Shown: in pieces, positions 39,182-50,237 of the stretch
Position numbering within the stretch: position 1 is the first letter of the stretch
How the letters are laid out: every line of letters begins with the position of its first letter
Assembly: GCA_963664705.1 (NCBI GenBank)
Contig: OY761556.1
Coordinates: 2,432,001-2,496,000 of the forward strand
Length of the DNA: 64,000 nt
Reading direction: 5' to 3'
DNA from: Acidobacteriota bacterium
GTDB taxonomy: Bacteria > Acidobacteriota > UBA6911
Made by a program: the position numbers and the translations under genes
Notes under the pieces: generated by a model
What the model was told of the DNA's origin: nothing
The model's database searches: none
What the model saw: the letters and a program-made list of their open reading frames with translations, nothing else

Positions 39182-39665
39182 AGTTGTCCGCGGGGACATC
39201 ACGAAACTGCAGGTCGATGCAATTGTAAACGCGGCGAATAGTTCCCTCCTGGGGGGCGGTGGCGTTGATGGAGCCATTCACTCTGCAGCCGGACCGCAGC
39301 TTCTCGAGGAGTGCAGAAAGCTTGGAGGCTGTCCTACCGGCCAGGCAAAAATAACGGGAGGGTACCGTCTTCCCGCAAAATGGATCATCCACACTGTAGG
39401 ACCGATCTGGCGCGGCGGGGCGCAAAACGAGGAGCAATCGCTCGCAAACTGTTATCGCAACTGCCTCCGGCTCGCAGCAAGCTATGATATTCGAGTGCTT
39501 GCCTTCCCCTCCATCAGCACGGGAGCCTATGGGTTTCCGATCGATAGCGCCTCCAGAATTGCGCTGCACGAGATACGGTCTCACCTCGAGAATAACAAGC
39601 TGCCTGAAAAAGTCGTTATTGTCTGTTTCGATGAGCCAACATTTCGCTGCTATTCTTCGCTTTAG
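39147..39665 (+). CDS. ymdB: Macro domain O-acetyl-ADP-ribose deacetylase
   Basis: [43 protein letters not shown]. Confidence 0.92.
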   Translation: MQNSPAAKNRIEVVRGDITKLQVDAIVNAANSSLLGGGGVDGAIHSAAGPQLLEECRKLGGCPTGQAKITGGYRLPAKWIIHTVGPIWRGGAQNEEQSLANCYRNCLRLAASYDIRVLAFPSISTGAYGFPIDSASRIALHEIRSHLENNKLPEKVVIVCFDEPTFRCYSSL

Positions 39666-39826
39666 GGGGAACAATTGCAGCATGCGTTGCCATGGAGCCT
39701 CCGCTCGTACACTCTCAGGTACGCGGGAAATCAGCATCGAAACTATCGTTATTGGCGGGATTGCCCGGTATAATGAAAGTTTTTGAATCAGAAATCACTG
39801 GGAAATAAAAAGGAAAGGGCAAAGAA

Positions 39827-41134
39827 ATGGGCAAAGACAATGAGCAATACCGACTGGCAACTCTGGCTCTGCATGCCGGGCAGGAACCGGATTCGGCGAC
39901 CACCGCTTGTGCCGTGCCAATCTACGCAACAAGCAGCTATGTTTTCAAAAGCACGGAACATGCTGCCAATCTGTTTGCTCTGAAGGAATTTGGCAATATC
40001 TATTCCCGGTTGATGAACCCGACCAATGATGTTTTGGAAAAACGTCTTGCCGCCCTCGATGGCGGTGTTGGCGGCCTTGCATTTGCGAGCGGGCAGGCTG
40101 CAATCACTGCAGCAATCCTGACCCTCACGCACTCCGGGCAGAACTTTATTTCAGCCACCAGCCTGTATGGCGGAACGTGGACGTTATTTACCCAGACGCT
40201 GAAAAAACTTGGAGTTGAAGTCCGTTTCTTTGACCCGAACCACCCGGAACAGATTCCCGGCTTGGTCGATGCCAATACGCGGCTTGTTTATCTGGAATCG
40301 GTAGGAAACCCCAAGAATGACGTCCCCGATTTTGCGGCCATATCCGACATTGCCCACAAGCATGGATTGCCGGTCATTGTGGATAACACAGTGTTGACTC
40401 CGGCTATGCTGCGCCCCATCGATCATGGTGCCGACATTGTCGTTTATTCGACCACAAAGTTCATTGGCGGACATGGCGTACATGTCGGCGGTGCTATTGT
40501 CGACAGCGGCAAGTTCCTCTGGGCGGATGATCCGAAAAAGTGGCCCGAATTTACGGCTCCGGATGATGCTTATCACGGAATGGTTTTTACCGAGGCTTTG
40601 AAGCCCATTGGAAATATCGCCTACATTACGCATATCCGAACTCATTGGCTCCGGGATACCGGCGCATGCATGAGTCCATTCGCTGCATTTCTCTTTCTGC
40701 TCGGGTTGGAGACACTGCACGTCCGCATCGAAAGGCACGCGGCCAATGCAATCGCGCTGGCGCGATGGCTCGAAAAGCATCCCGCAGTGCAGTGGGTCAA
40801 CTACCCTGGCCTGGAAAGCCATAAACACTATAAAATGGCGCAGAAATATCTGACAAAAGGGGCCGGCGCCATCCTGGGATTCGGCATCCGCGGCGGTCGG
40901 GAAGCCGGAATCAAATTTATCAACAATGTCAAACTCGCTTCCCACCTGGCGAATATCGGGGATGCCAAGACGCTTGTGATTCACCCTGCCTCCACCACGC
41001 ACTCGCAACTGTCCGAAAAGGAACAGCAGGAAGCCGGCGTCACCCAGGAATACATTCGCGTTTCCATAGGGATTGAGGATATCGAAGACATCCGAAACGA
41101 TTTTGATCAGGCTTTAAAGGCATCGCAGATTTAG
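39827..41134 (+). CDS. metY: O-acetylhomoserine sulfhydrylase
   Basis: YSRLMNPT, ASGQAA, STTKFIGGHG, HLANIGDAKTLVIHPASTTH. Confidence 0.93.
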   Translation: MGKDNEQYRLATLALHAGQEPDSATTACAVPIYATSSYVFKSTEHAANLFALKEFGNIYSRLMNPTNDVLEKRLAALDGGVGGLAFASGQAAITAAILTLTHSGQNFISATSLYGGTWTLFTQTLKKLGVEVRFFDPNHPEQIPGLVDANTRLVYLESVGNPKNDVPDFAAISDIAHKHGLPVIVDNTVLTPAMLRPIDHGADIVVYSTTKFIGGHGVHVGGAIVDSGKFLWADDPKKWPEFTAPDDAYHGMVFTEALKPIGNIAYITHIRTHWLRDTGACMSPFAAFLFLLGLETLHVRIERHAANAIALARWLEKHPAVQWVNYPGLESHKHYKMAQKYLTKGAGAILGFGIRGGREAGIKFINNVKLASHLANIGDAKTLVIHPASTTHSQLSEKEQQEAGVTQEYIRVSIGIEDIEDIRNDFDQALKASQI

Positions 41135-41218
41135 GTTGAGCACCGTCGGGCAACGATTGACGATCGGGAAACTGAATCGTCAACCATGATTTGAGTGGCG
41201 CAGACATAAAGGATTGAG

Positions 41219-43033
41219 ATGACAGCTGAACTATTTCAAAGCACGGATTCGGCTCGCTCCGCGCGGCCGCTGAAGCATGTACAGAATGTCACCTTTGATG
41301 AAACGCTTCAGTTGGAATTGGGCGGCGAACTCCAGGGGATCACAGTAGCATTCGAAACATATGGTCAGCTTAATGCAGCCAAAGACAATGCCGTTCTGAT
41401 CTGCCACGCGCTGAGCGGGGATTCCCACGTGGCTCGCCATGATTCAGAGGATGATCCCGGCTGGTGGGATATTGCAGTCGGACCAGGCAAGTTCGTCGAT
41501 ACCGATCGCTATTATGTGATCTGCTCCAATGCCTTGGGCGGTTGCCGTGGAACGACGGGTCCCAACAGCACCAATCCCAAAACCGGCAGATTGTATGGCG
41601 ATGACTTCCCTACGGTAACCGCAGGAGACATGGTGGAGGCACAGCGCAGGCTGATCGACCATCTCGGCATCCGGACTCTCCTCGGTGCGATTGGAGGATC
41701 GATGGGTGGCCACCAAGCGTTAACATGGGCCATCCATTACCCTGATCGTGTCGCCGGAGTTGTTGCACTCGCCACCTCCGCAAGGCTGACGACTCAGGCC
41801 CTTGCGTTCGATGTTGTCGGAAGGAATGCCATCCGGCGCGACGATAACTTCAAGGCCGGTCAGTATATTGAGGAAGGAACCAATCCTTCCGTTGGGCTGG
41901 CAATAGCCCGGATGCTGGGACACATCACATACCTGTCTCCGCAATCCATGAGGGAAAAGTTTGGAGCGGATCGAATGCAGCCCCGCGACCTGGACACGCT
42001 GTTTGAAAAAAAATTCAGCGTAGGCTCGTATCTGGCCTATCAGGGAGATAAGTTCGTTGAGAGATTTGACGCTAACAGCTACATCCGGCTGTCCCTGGCG
42101 ATGGATCTTTTCGACCTCGGAGACAGCCGCGAGGCCCTGGCAGCCAGCCTTGCGCCGTCGACATGCCGCTGGCTGATTATCAGCTTCACCAGCGATTGGC
42201 TTTTCCCCCCGGAACAGTCCCGGGAACTCGCCAATACGCTAATTTCGCTGAATAAGGACGTCAGTTACTGCAACATTGTGAGCAATTGCGGTCACGACGC
42301 TTTTCTGCTGCCGGACGAATTGCCGGTTTATGGCGGCATGATGAGCGCATTCCTTGGAAACCTCCTCGATGGCAGCCCCCAGGGGCGGGATGATGACGAT
42401 CTCTATGCACATGCCCCAGCCAGCATCTTCGGTCCGCTGCTTCGGAGCCGGCTCGACTACGATCAGATTGCCCAACTCATCACTCCGGATGCGAGTGTGC
42501 TCGATCTTGGCTGCGGGCGCGGATCGCTATTGGCAAAACTGCGCGCCGGCGGTAATCGCAAGCTGGCCGGCCTGGAATTGAATCAGGAGGATATTTTGTC
42601 CGGATTGCAGCGTGGATTGGACATCATTCAGGCTGATTTGAACTCCGGATTGGCATCATTCTCCGATGGACAGTTCGACTACGTTGTACTGTCCCATACC
42701 CTTCAGGCTGTTCGGGATGTGGAAAGATTGATCACAGAAATGCTGCGAGTCGGACGAAAGTCAATTGTCAGCTTTCCCAACTTCGCCTATCACAAACTGC
42801 GCAAAATGCTGAATGAACGGGGACGATCCCCCCTCTCCTCCGGTTTGCTGCGGCACGAGTGGTACAACACCCCCAATATCCGGTTCTTCTCCATTGCGGA
42901 TTTTGAGGAATTCTGCGGGGATCGAAATATTCAGATACATCAACGCATTGCGCTCGATATCGAGGCAGGCAATGTCATCGAAAATGATGTCAATCTGTAT
43001 GCAGATATGGCCATTTTTGTCATCAGCAGGTAA
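41219..43033 (+). CDS. metX: Homoserine O-acyltransferase MetX fused to MetW
   Basis: CHALSGD, GGSMGG, FDANSY, GHDAFL, followed by VLDLGCGRG, FDYVVLSHTLQ, FPNFAY, WYNTPNI. Confidence 0.9.
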   Translation: MTAELFQSTDSARSARPLKHVQNVTFDETLQLELGGELQGITVAFETYGQLNAAKDNAVLICHALSGDSHVARHDSEDDPGWWDIAVGPGKFVDTDRYYVICSNALGGCRGTTGPNSTNPKTGRLYGDDFPTVTAGDMVEAQRRLIDHLGIRTLLGAIGGSMGGHQALTWAIHYPDRVAGVVALATSARLTTQALAFDVVGRNAIRRDDNFKAGQYIEEGTNPSVGLAIARMLGHITYLSPQSMREKFGADRMQPRDLDTLFEKKFSVGSYLAYQGDKFVERFDANSYIRLSLAMDLFDLGDSREALAASLAPSTCRWLIISFTSDWLFPPEQSRELANTLISLNKDVSYCNIVSNCGHDAFLLPDELPVYGGMMSAFLGNLLDGSPQGRDDDDLYAHAPASIFGPLLRSRLDYDQIAQLITPDASVLDLGCGRGSLLAKLRAGGNRKLAGLELNQEDILSGLQRGLDIIQADLNSGLASFSDGQFDYVVLSHTLQAVRDVERLITEMLRVGRKSIVSFPNFAYHKLRKMLNERGRSPLSSGLLRHEWYNTPNIRFFSIADFEEFCGDRNIQIHQRIALDIEAGNVIENDVNLYADMAIFVISR

Positions 43034-43475
43034 TGCAGCCGGGACCCGCCGGGACGATGCCGCATACCATTCGGACACGCCTTTTGGCCATTAGTATGCA
43101 GCGTTAGCCCGGCTGCCAGCGCTCCCGGTAAGCCCATTCCCCTCTCCATTTTTCCAATAAAACAATCCTCACACATACCTGTAACTATACCGGCCGCAAA
43201 GCATCTAATGAACTGAGTGGGTTCTATCGATCAGATATGAAGGGAATGACGCAGAGACGTTTGAAATTGCTCAAATGAGATCTCATAATAATTGCGTGTT
43301 GATTGAGAGCATCGCCATTCCTGACTTGGTTGCTTTCCCATGAATTTCGCCGATCCCGGCATCTATAGCAGCAGACGACTTGCAAATGAAGAAAATGATC
43401 GACTGGAAAGTGGATCTGGGGGTTACTGGCTGGATAGGGGTATTTGCCAGTAACCGAATCAAAAGCTATCGCGCC

Positions 43476-46400
43476 ATGCGTGCGACACATTCCGGCTTTT
43501 TCAAATGGCTCCGCAGGCTTTTGATTTTTGCGATCATTGTGGCGCCCATCATTTATGAGGTCCGAACTTCGGCTCTTCAGTCCTGGGTTCTTTCCAGGTA
43601 TGCGCGAAAAATGTCCTACAAGGTCCATCCGGGCCCGAGTCCCAACATAGTCTTCCCCAAACATGGCCCTTTCGACATTCGCGCAGGTTATGCACTCATA
43701 CCGGACTTTCAGCAACGGCTGCAGGCCAAGGGTTACGTGATTGTTCAACAGGCGCGTTTTTCGCCCGAACTGGAGCGCGCAACCAAATGGGGCATTTTGC
43801 CTCCCTACTCGGAGCCGACTTCAACAAAATTGACCATCCATGGCCCCAGCGGGGAACCGCTTTTCCAGGCGCCGGTGGCAGGTTATTTTTTTGAGAGTTT
43901 CGAAGACATTCCCCCACTGGTCGTGAAAAGCCTTTTGCTGATCGAAAATCGCGAACTAAGCGAACCTGCGGATTCTAGGACCAACCCGGTTGTGGATTGG
44001 GACAGGCTGGCCAAGGCCGCGCTGCTTTATACCGGTCACAAGCTTGGCCTGCCTCTGCCTGTCGAGGGTGGATCTACTCTGGCGACGCAAATCGAAAAAT
44101 ACCGGCACTCCTATGAGGGACGAACCGATTCCATGATGGCCAAGCTCCGGCAGATGACGGATGCAAGCCTGAAGGTTTACCAGAATGGGCAGGACACGAG
44201 GGATGAACGCCGACAGATCATTTTGGATTATCTCAATTCCATTCCACTCGCTGCAGCACCGGGCTATGGTGAATTGCACGGCATTGGGGAAGGAATGAAT
44301 GCCTGGTTTGGCCTTGACCTCTCCGAAATTAAAAAGTCCCTGATGCTGCCGGACGACAGGCCCGAAAAAGTGAAAGCGTTCAAACATGCCCTGGCTCTTC
44401 TGTGCTCTGTAAAAGCGCCCAGCTACTATCTGGTCCAAAACCATGCCGCGCTGAACACGCGTGCCAATTTGTATGCTCAACTGCTGGCAAATGTTCAGGC
44501 CATTTCGCAGGACTTCGCCTCACGCTTGATTGCCGCTCCGCTATCGTTTGATACGCGACGGCCCACCCGTACCCCGCCCTCTTACGCGGAACGAAAGTCG
44601 GTAAATGAAGTCCGGGCAAAACTCGCATCTCTGCTCGGCATGCCGGGCATGTACGAACTCGATCGGCTCCACCTGGACGTGGAAAGCACAATCAATCCAA
44701 ACCTTCAGCACAGCGTAGTGAATCTCTTTCAGCGGCTTCACGATCCCAAGTTTGTCGATGCGGCAGGCCTCCGCGGAGAGCGTCTCCTTGCCAAGGGGGA
44801 TCCGGAAAAGGTGATTTACGGCATGATGCTGTTTGAAAAGACTCCGAAGGGGAATCAGTTGCGCGTCGTTACGGATAATCTCAACGCGCCCTTCGATATT
44901 AATACCGGCATGAAAATGCAGTTGGGCAGCACAGCCAAACTGCGAACACTCGTGAACTATCTGAACATCGTGGCCGATTTACATGCGCAACTGTCCGCTT
45001 TGGATTCAGCCTCGCTGCTGAAACAAAAAGAAGATGCGCGCGATCCCATTACGCTCTGGGCAGCGGAGACCCTGGAGCAGAATTCGGGCATCAACCTCGA
45101 AGCCTTTTTGCAGCTTGCACTGGATCGAACCTATTCCGGAAACCCGGGCGAGGCATTTTTTACCGGTGGAGGGCTCCACACCTTCGGCAATTTTGAAAAG
45201 GCGGAAAATGGCCGTATCTACACGGTTCGGGAAGCCACGGCTCTGTCGGTGAATTTGTCTTACATCCGCCTGATGAGGGACCTGGTGCGCTATTACCAGG
45301 CTCGATTGCCCTACGATACAACCGCCGTTCTCTCCGATATGGATAATCCGATCCGTCGTAAACTCCTGCAGGAAATTGCCGACGAGGAATCAAAATACTT
45401 CCTGTACGAATCCTATAAATCGTTCAGGAAGCAGTCTCCGGATGAAATCATCAAAAACCTGCTGGGGAAAAAGGCTGATTCCGATCGCCATCTGGCCATA
45501 TTGTTTTATGCCTGGAATCACGAGGGAGATGCGGCGGCTCTGGCCGACTGGATACAGAAACGACTGGGAGATGCACCGCCCGCGCAAGTCGCCAAACTGG
45601 CGAAAGCCTATGGCAACCCTCAGCTCAACCTTTCCGATTACGGCTACCTCCTTGGTATTCATCCCTTGAAGGTCTGGGCTGCAGGGGAAGTGGCCAAAGA
45701 CGCAGCCATCTCCTGGGATCAGCTCTGGGATGACAGCAGCGAAGCAAGGAAAATATCCGCAGCATGGCTTTTCAAGACGCGAAATCGATCCGCGCAGGAT
45801 TTGCGGCTGCACATTCGATTTGAACAGGACGCGTTTTTGCGCATGACACCGCAATGGAAACGCATCGGATTCCCCTTTGACAAGCTTGTCCCTTCCCTTG
45901 CCACTGCGATAGGAAGTTCCGGTGACCGCCCGGAAGCGCTGGCGCAGCTCATGGGCATCCTGCTAAATGACGGCGTATTGAAGCCGACAGTCCGAATGGG
46001 CCAATTGCGTTTTGCGGCCGGCACACCCTATGAAACGATTTTCGGACCCGTGCAGCCGGAAGGTACCCGGGTCATGCCGCCTCAAGTAGCCCATGCGATT
46101 CTCCCTGTCTTGGCTCAGGTCGTTCAACACGGAACTGCCGTCCGACTTGCCAATGCCTATAAAGTCGGGAATAGACAGTTGACCGTGGGAGGCAAAACCG
46201 GATCAGGAGACAACCGATTTGATGCAGTCGGAAAAGGCGGCCAGGTCATTTCCTCCCGGCCCATCGACCGAACTGCCGTTTTTGTCTTTTATATCGAGAA
46301 CCGCTATTTTGGAGTGATTACCGTTTTCGTCCCGGGAAAGGAAGCCGGAGACTACGCATTCACCAGTTCCCTGCCCGTCGCGATCCTAAAGCTGCTGGCC

Positions 46401-46574
46401 CCCGATATTGAAAACCTCTGGCAGCAATCTCCGGGCGCACAGTCCAACGGAGTCGTTGTGGTCTCCAATCCATCCGTAAACCATGCCCCAGCCACCGCAC
46501 CCGCTGCGCTATCCAAGCCCAAACAATCGCCCGTAGTCCTCGAAGTTCTCCGAACCAAGCCGGGAGCAGAATGA
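43476..46574 (+). CDS. Large class A penicillin-binding protein-like transglycosylase/transpeptidase
   Basis: N-terminal TM, LIENREL, GGSTLATQIEK, STAK (SxxK), SVN (SxN), KTG. Start uncertain (43380 TTG alternative). Confidence 0.8.
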   Translation: MRATHSGFFKWLRRLLIFAIIVAPIIYEVRTSALQSWVLSRYARKMSYKVHPGPSPNIVFPKHGPFDIRAGYALIPDFQQRLQAKGYVIVQQARFSPELERATKWGILPPYSEPTSTKLTIHGPSGEPLFQAPVAGYFFESFEDIPPLVVKSLLLIENRELSEPADSRTNPVVDWDRLAKAALLYTGHKLGLPLPVEGGSTLATQIEKYRHSYEGRTDSMMAKLRQMTDASLKVYQNGQDTRDERRQIILDYLNSIPLAAAPGYGELHGIGEGMNAWFGLDLSEIKKSLMLPDDRPEKVKAFKHALALLCSVKAPSYYLVQNHAALNTRANLYAQLLANVQAISQDFASRLIAAPLSFDTRRPTRTPPSYAERKSVNEVRAKLASLLGMPGMYELDRLHLDVESTINPNLQHSVVNLFQRLHDPKFVDAAGLRGERLLAKGDPEKVIYGMMLFEKTPKGNQLRVVTDNLNAPFDINTGMKMQLGSTAKLRTLVNYLNIVADLHAQLSALDSASLLKQKEDARDPITLWAAETLEQNSGINLEAFLQLALDRTYSGNPGEAFFTGGGLHTFGNFEKAENGRIYTVREATALSVNLSYIRLMRDLVRYYQARLPYDTTAVLSDMDNPIRRKLLQEIADEESKYFLYESYKSFRKQSPDEIIKNLLGKKADSDRHLAILFYAWNHEGDAAALADWIQKRLGDAPPAQVAKLAKAYGNPQLNLSDYGYLLGIHPLKVWAAGEVAKDAAISWDQLWDDSSEARKISAAWLFKTRNRSAQDLRLHIRFEQDAFLRMTPQWKRIGFPFDKLVPSLATAIGSSGDRPEALAQLMGILLNDGVLKPTVRMGQLRFAAGTPYETIFGPVQPEGTRVMPPQVAHAILPVLAQVVQHGTAVRLANAYKVGNRQLTVGGKTGSGDNRFDAVGKGGQVISSRPIDRTAVFVFYIENRYFGVITVFVPGKEAGDYAFTSSLPVAILKLLAPDIENLWQQSPGAQSNGVVVVSNPSVNHAPATAPAALSKPKQSPVVLEVLRTKPGAE

Positions 46575-46639
46575 AACGCTTCGATTCAAAACCGAATTCG
46601 GGCTAACGAACTGATAGGAGTTTGCGGTACTCTTCAATC

Positions 46640-48175
46640 ATGGAAGCAAACCCTTTACGCCATGGCAGCCTTCGATTGCACCGCACGCCCGAACCCTGCT
46701 CAATGATCATCTTTGGAGGTTCCGGGGATCTGACGCGACGCAAGCTTATCCCCGCACTTTTCCGGCTCTCCCAGCAACGCATGATCCCCGCCGGTTTCAC
46801 CATCATCGGCATGGCACGATCGCCCATGAGCGATGAACAATATCGGTCCATGCTGCGGACATGGATAGAAAAGGAAACGGGCCCGCTGACGGACTCCGCG
46901 CGATGGGACAGTTTTGCCCAGGGCATTCATTATCTCTCGGCGGATTACCATGACCCGGCCGTGTACAGTGGTCTCAAATCAAGTCTTTCGAACACCGAGG
47001 CGGCACGTAAAACTGCAGGCAACCGCATCTATTACCTTGCCACGGCTCCAGGCGATTATGATGGCATCATTCGCAACCTAGGCCAGAGTGGGATGGGGAT
47101 CGAGCATGCGGAAGGAAAGGGCTGGGTTCGCATCATTGTCGAAAAGCCCTTTGGAAGAGACCTGAATTCCGCCCGCGCGTTGAACAACGTGGTCAGCTCC
47201 GTTTTCCGAGAAGAACAGGTATACCGCATCGATCATTATCTGGGAAAAGAGACCGTGCAGAATATCCTGGTCTTCCGATTTGCGAACGGAATGTTTGAAC
47301 CGCTCTGGAATAGACAGTTCATTGAACAAGTCCAAATTACTGCCGCGGAAGATATCGGGGTCGGCACCCGCGGTCCTTACTATGAGCAATCCGGCGCACT
47401 TCGTGACATGGTTCAGAATCACATCATGCAGCTATTAGCGCTTGTGGCGATGGAACCACCACCCGATTTCAGCCCGGATGCGGTCCGCAGCGAGAAAGCG
47501 AAAGTGCTGCACTCTATCCGCCCATTCTCAACCGAGGATGTTCGCCGCTATTCTGTGCGCGCCCAATATGTGCAAGGCCGGATAAGCGGAAAGGAGGTTC
47601 CGGGCTATCTCTCGGAAAAGGGAGTGGCGCCCGATTCAAAAACCGAGACCTTCGCCGCCGTTCGATTCAATATCGATAACTGGAGGTGGGCGAACGTCCC
47701 CTTTTATATCCGGACTGGCAAAAATCTGCCCAAGCGGGTTACGGAAATCGCCATCGTTTTTCAGCGCACGCCACACTTTATCTTCCGCAATGCGCCGTCA
47801 ACCCATGTTGAGTCCAATGTCCTGGTATTTCGCATTCAACCTGACGAAGGAATCAACCTCAAGATAATCGCCAAGATGCCGGGGCAGTCCATGGAAATGC
47901 GGCCGGTAAACATGGATTTTCGCTACGGCAGCACTTTTGGGTTCCATCTCGCGGATGCCTACGAACGCCTCCTCCTCGATTGCATGTCGGGAGATCCGAC
48001 TCTTTTTGATCGCATCGATTCGGTTGAAGCGGCATGGACGCTTATCCAGCCTTTCCTGGAGGTTTGGCATAACGATGCTTTGTCTCGCCTGCCTCAATAT
48101 GCATCCGGCTCCTGGGGGCCGGCTGAAGCGGATGCGCTTCTGGCGCAAGACAATCATGCATGGCGGCTGCTATGA
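46640..48175 (+). CDS. zwf: Glucose-6-phosphate 1-dehydrogenase
   Basis: [27 protein letters not shown]. Confidence 0.96.
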   Translation: MEANPLRHGSLRLHRTPEPCSMIIFGGSGDLTRRKLIPALFRLSQQRMIPAGFTIIGMARSPMSDEQYRSMLRTWIEKETGPLTDSARWDSFAQGIHYLSADYHDPAVYSGLKSSLSNTEAARKTAGNRIYYLATAPGDYDGIIRNLGQSGMGIEHAEGKGWVRIIVEKPFGRDLNSARALNNVVSSVFREEQVYRIDHYLGKETVQNILVFRFANGMFEPLWNRQFIEQVQITAAEDIGVGTRGPYYEQSGALRDMVQNHIMQLLALVAMEPPPDFSPDAVRSEKAKVLHSIRPFSTEDVRRYSVRAQYVQGRISGKEVPGYLSEKGVAPDSKTETFAAVRFNIDNWRWANVPFYIRTGKNLPKRVTEIAIVFQRTPHFIFRNAPSTHVESNVLVFRIQPDEGINLKIIAKMPGQSMEMRPVNMDFRYGSTFGFHLADAYERLLLDCMSGDPTLFDRIDSVEAAWTLIQPFLEVWHNDALSRLPQYASGSWGPAEADALLAQDNHAWRLL

Positions 48176-49317
48176 ACAACTCCATAACGGCAGCTACAGC
48201 GCCCAGAGAAGTCGATATTGGCCATGTCGAAAAGGAACTGTCGTCCCTTTGGCAATCGTCGGGAGACCCGGGCACCCATACCGCGATGCGGGCTTCCTCC
48301 TGCAATCTGCTGGTCTTCGCACGAAACAGAACGGTCGCCGAGGAATTTCCGGACATCCTCGCCCGCATCGCTGAATGGCATCCATGCCGGTCCATTGTTG
48401 CTTATGTTGAACCGGACGCCAGGCTGGAAGCTCCCGACATGCATGCCTGGATCCGTGTCCTTTGCCAGCTTCCTCCCTCCGGCGGCTCCCGCGTCTGCTG
48501 CGAAACAATCCTGCTCGCGACGCGCAACCGGGCAAAGCCGGATCTGCCCGATACCGTGTCCACTCTCCTGATCCCGGACTTGCCGGTATACCTTTACTGG
48601 CGGTCATTTCGTGCTGAAGATCAGGACATCATCGAACGATTGGCCCGTTTTTCGCGCCTGATGATTGTGGATTCGCATCAAACCAGGGAAAATCCCCAGG
48701 CGAGGCTGGAGGTCCTTCAGCTATTGGTCGACTGCCCGGCGGAAGTGGAAATGAGGGATTTGAACTGGAGTCGGATCACCGCCTGGCGCGATCTCATTGC
48801 ACAGTTTTTCGATTCGACTGCGACGGGTCATTATGTCCGCGAAATTTCCGAGGTGGAAATCACACGGAATCTCTCCGCACCCGATAGCATTCCGACCAGG
48901 ACTCTTCTTCTAACCGGCTGGCTGGCATCCAGCCTTGGATGGCGGCGTGTAACCGCAAAGCGCTCCGGGAACCAATGGATTTCCATCTGGAACTGCCAGG
49001 GGCGCGAGGTACGCGTTACCTTTACAGGCACCGTCGCAGATGAGGGACAAATTCCTGGGATTCACAGCGTCATACTTCGCACCGGCAGCCAAGCGGAGTT
49101 TTCTGTTTCCGTTGAAAGAAGCTCTCAATCCATTACGGCCGTGGCAACCATCGGCGGGACACGCATTATTCACTCTGTCCCGGATGAACCTCTGGACGAG
49201 GCATCGCTGCTGATACGAGAGTTATCGACTTCCGGAAAAGATGAGGCATTTACCGCCGCACTGGCGGAAGCCTGCGATTTGGAAAAAGCCTTCCGCGATA
49301 GCAACCCGAAGGATTGA
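48172..49317 (+). CDS. opcA: G6PDH assembly/allosteric protein OpcA
   Basis: [30 protein letters not shown]; ATGA overlap with zwf. Confidence 0.88.
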   Translation: MNNSITAATAPREVDIGHVEKELSSLWQSSGDPGTHTAMRASSCNLLVFARNRTVAEEFPDILARIAEWHPCRSIVAYVEPDARLEAPDMHAWIRVLCQLPPSGGSRVCCETILLATRNRAKPDLPDTVSTLLIPDLPVYLYWRSFRAEDQDIIERLARFSRLMIVDSHQTRENPQARLEVLQLLVDCPAEVEMRDLNWSRITAWRDLIAQFFDSTATGHYVREISEVEITRNLSAPDSIPTRTLLLTGWLASSLGWRRVTAKRSGNQWISIWNCQGREVRVTFTGTVADEGQIPGIHSVILRTGSQAEFSVSVERSSQSITAVATIGGTRIIHSVPDEPLDEASLLIRELSTSGKDEAFTAALAEACDLEKAFRDSNPKD

Positions 49318-49331
49318 TATCCAGCACCCGA

Positions 49332-50237
49332 CTATTGGGAATTCCCACCGATCCGCAACTGGAGGCGCGCCCAGTCGTCGTCCACATCCCTCTGAATATT
49401 GCCGATCTCCTCTTCGGTCAGGTGCTTGAACCGACCCTGTTTAGCCAGGTACTCGCGCACGGGCAGGCATCGGGGTTTGTGGTTGAGCGTATACTTCGTC
49501 CCGTTCTCGACTTCATACAGCGGAAATACATTCGTCTCGACCGCAAGGATCGAAAGCTCCGGCGATATATCTGAGGTGGTTCGCCACCCGGTCGGACATG
49601 GAACGAGCATGTGGATGAACTTGGTCCCGCGGATACTTTTCGCCTTCAGGATCTTCCGTCGAAGATCTTGCGGAAAGCCAATGGCGGCCGTCGCGGAATA
49701 CGGATTGTAGTGCGCCGCCATGATTTCCATGATGTTCTTCTTGCGGCGGGGATTCCCTTTCGGCGTGGTTCCCGTCCACGCATACGAGGGAGTTGCGGAA
49801 CTCACCTGTATCCCCGTATTCATATAAGCTTCGTTATCCAGGCAGACATAAATAATATCGTCATTATTTTTGGTTACACCCGAGAGAGACTGCAGTCCGA
49901 TATCGAAGGTTCCACCATCGCCGGCGAAGGCAACTACCTGGACGTCATCCTTCCCCTGGATCTTGAGTGCATTGGCAATGCCTGCCGCAGTGGGAGCCGC
50001 AATCTCAAAAGCGGAGTGGAAAGTGGAAACGCCGTATGCCGTGACCGGGTAGACGCCGCCGATAGATCCTTCACAGGATGGAACAATCACCGCAATGGTG
50101 CGAGGCCCCATCGTTTGAAATACCAGCCTCATGCCGGCGGCAAGTCCGCAGCCAGGGCAGGCTGCGTGCCCTGGTCGCAAAAAATTCTGCTCTGATCCAG
50201 ATGCAAGCATAGATGAATATCCTCTGAGTCCTCTCAT
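49332..50237 (-). CDS. porB: 2-oxoacid:acceptor oxidoreductase beta subunit (TPP-binding)
   Basis: GHAACPGCG, GDGGTFDIG, DNEAYMNTGIQ, PCPTGW. Confidence 0.88.
   Translation of the reverse strand: MRGLRGYSSMLASGSEQNFLRPGHAACPGCGLAAGMRLVFQTMGPRTIAVIVPSCEGSIGGVYPVTAYGVSTFHSAFEIAAPTAAGIANALKIQGKDDVQVVAFAGDGGTFDIGLQSLSGVTKNNDDIIYVCLDNEAYMNTGIQVSSATPSYAWTGTTPKGNPRRKKNIMEIMAAHYNPYSATAAIGFPQDLRRKILKAKSIRGTKFIHMLVPCPTGWRTTSDISPELSILAVETNVFPLYEVENGTKYTLNHKPRCLPVREYLAKQGRFKHLTEEEIGNIQRDVDDDWARLQLRIGGNSQ

Noticed and set aside
39666-39826. Possible SAM riboswitch upstream of metY
   Set aside because: No SAM-I core visible; a TATAAT at 39769 leaves too short a leader.
43275-43286. Perfect palindrome ATGAGATCTCAT upstream of the PBP gene
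   Set aside because: Single occurrence, expected by chance in 64 kb; no regulator can be assigned.
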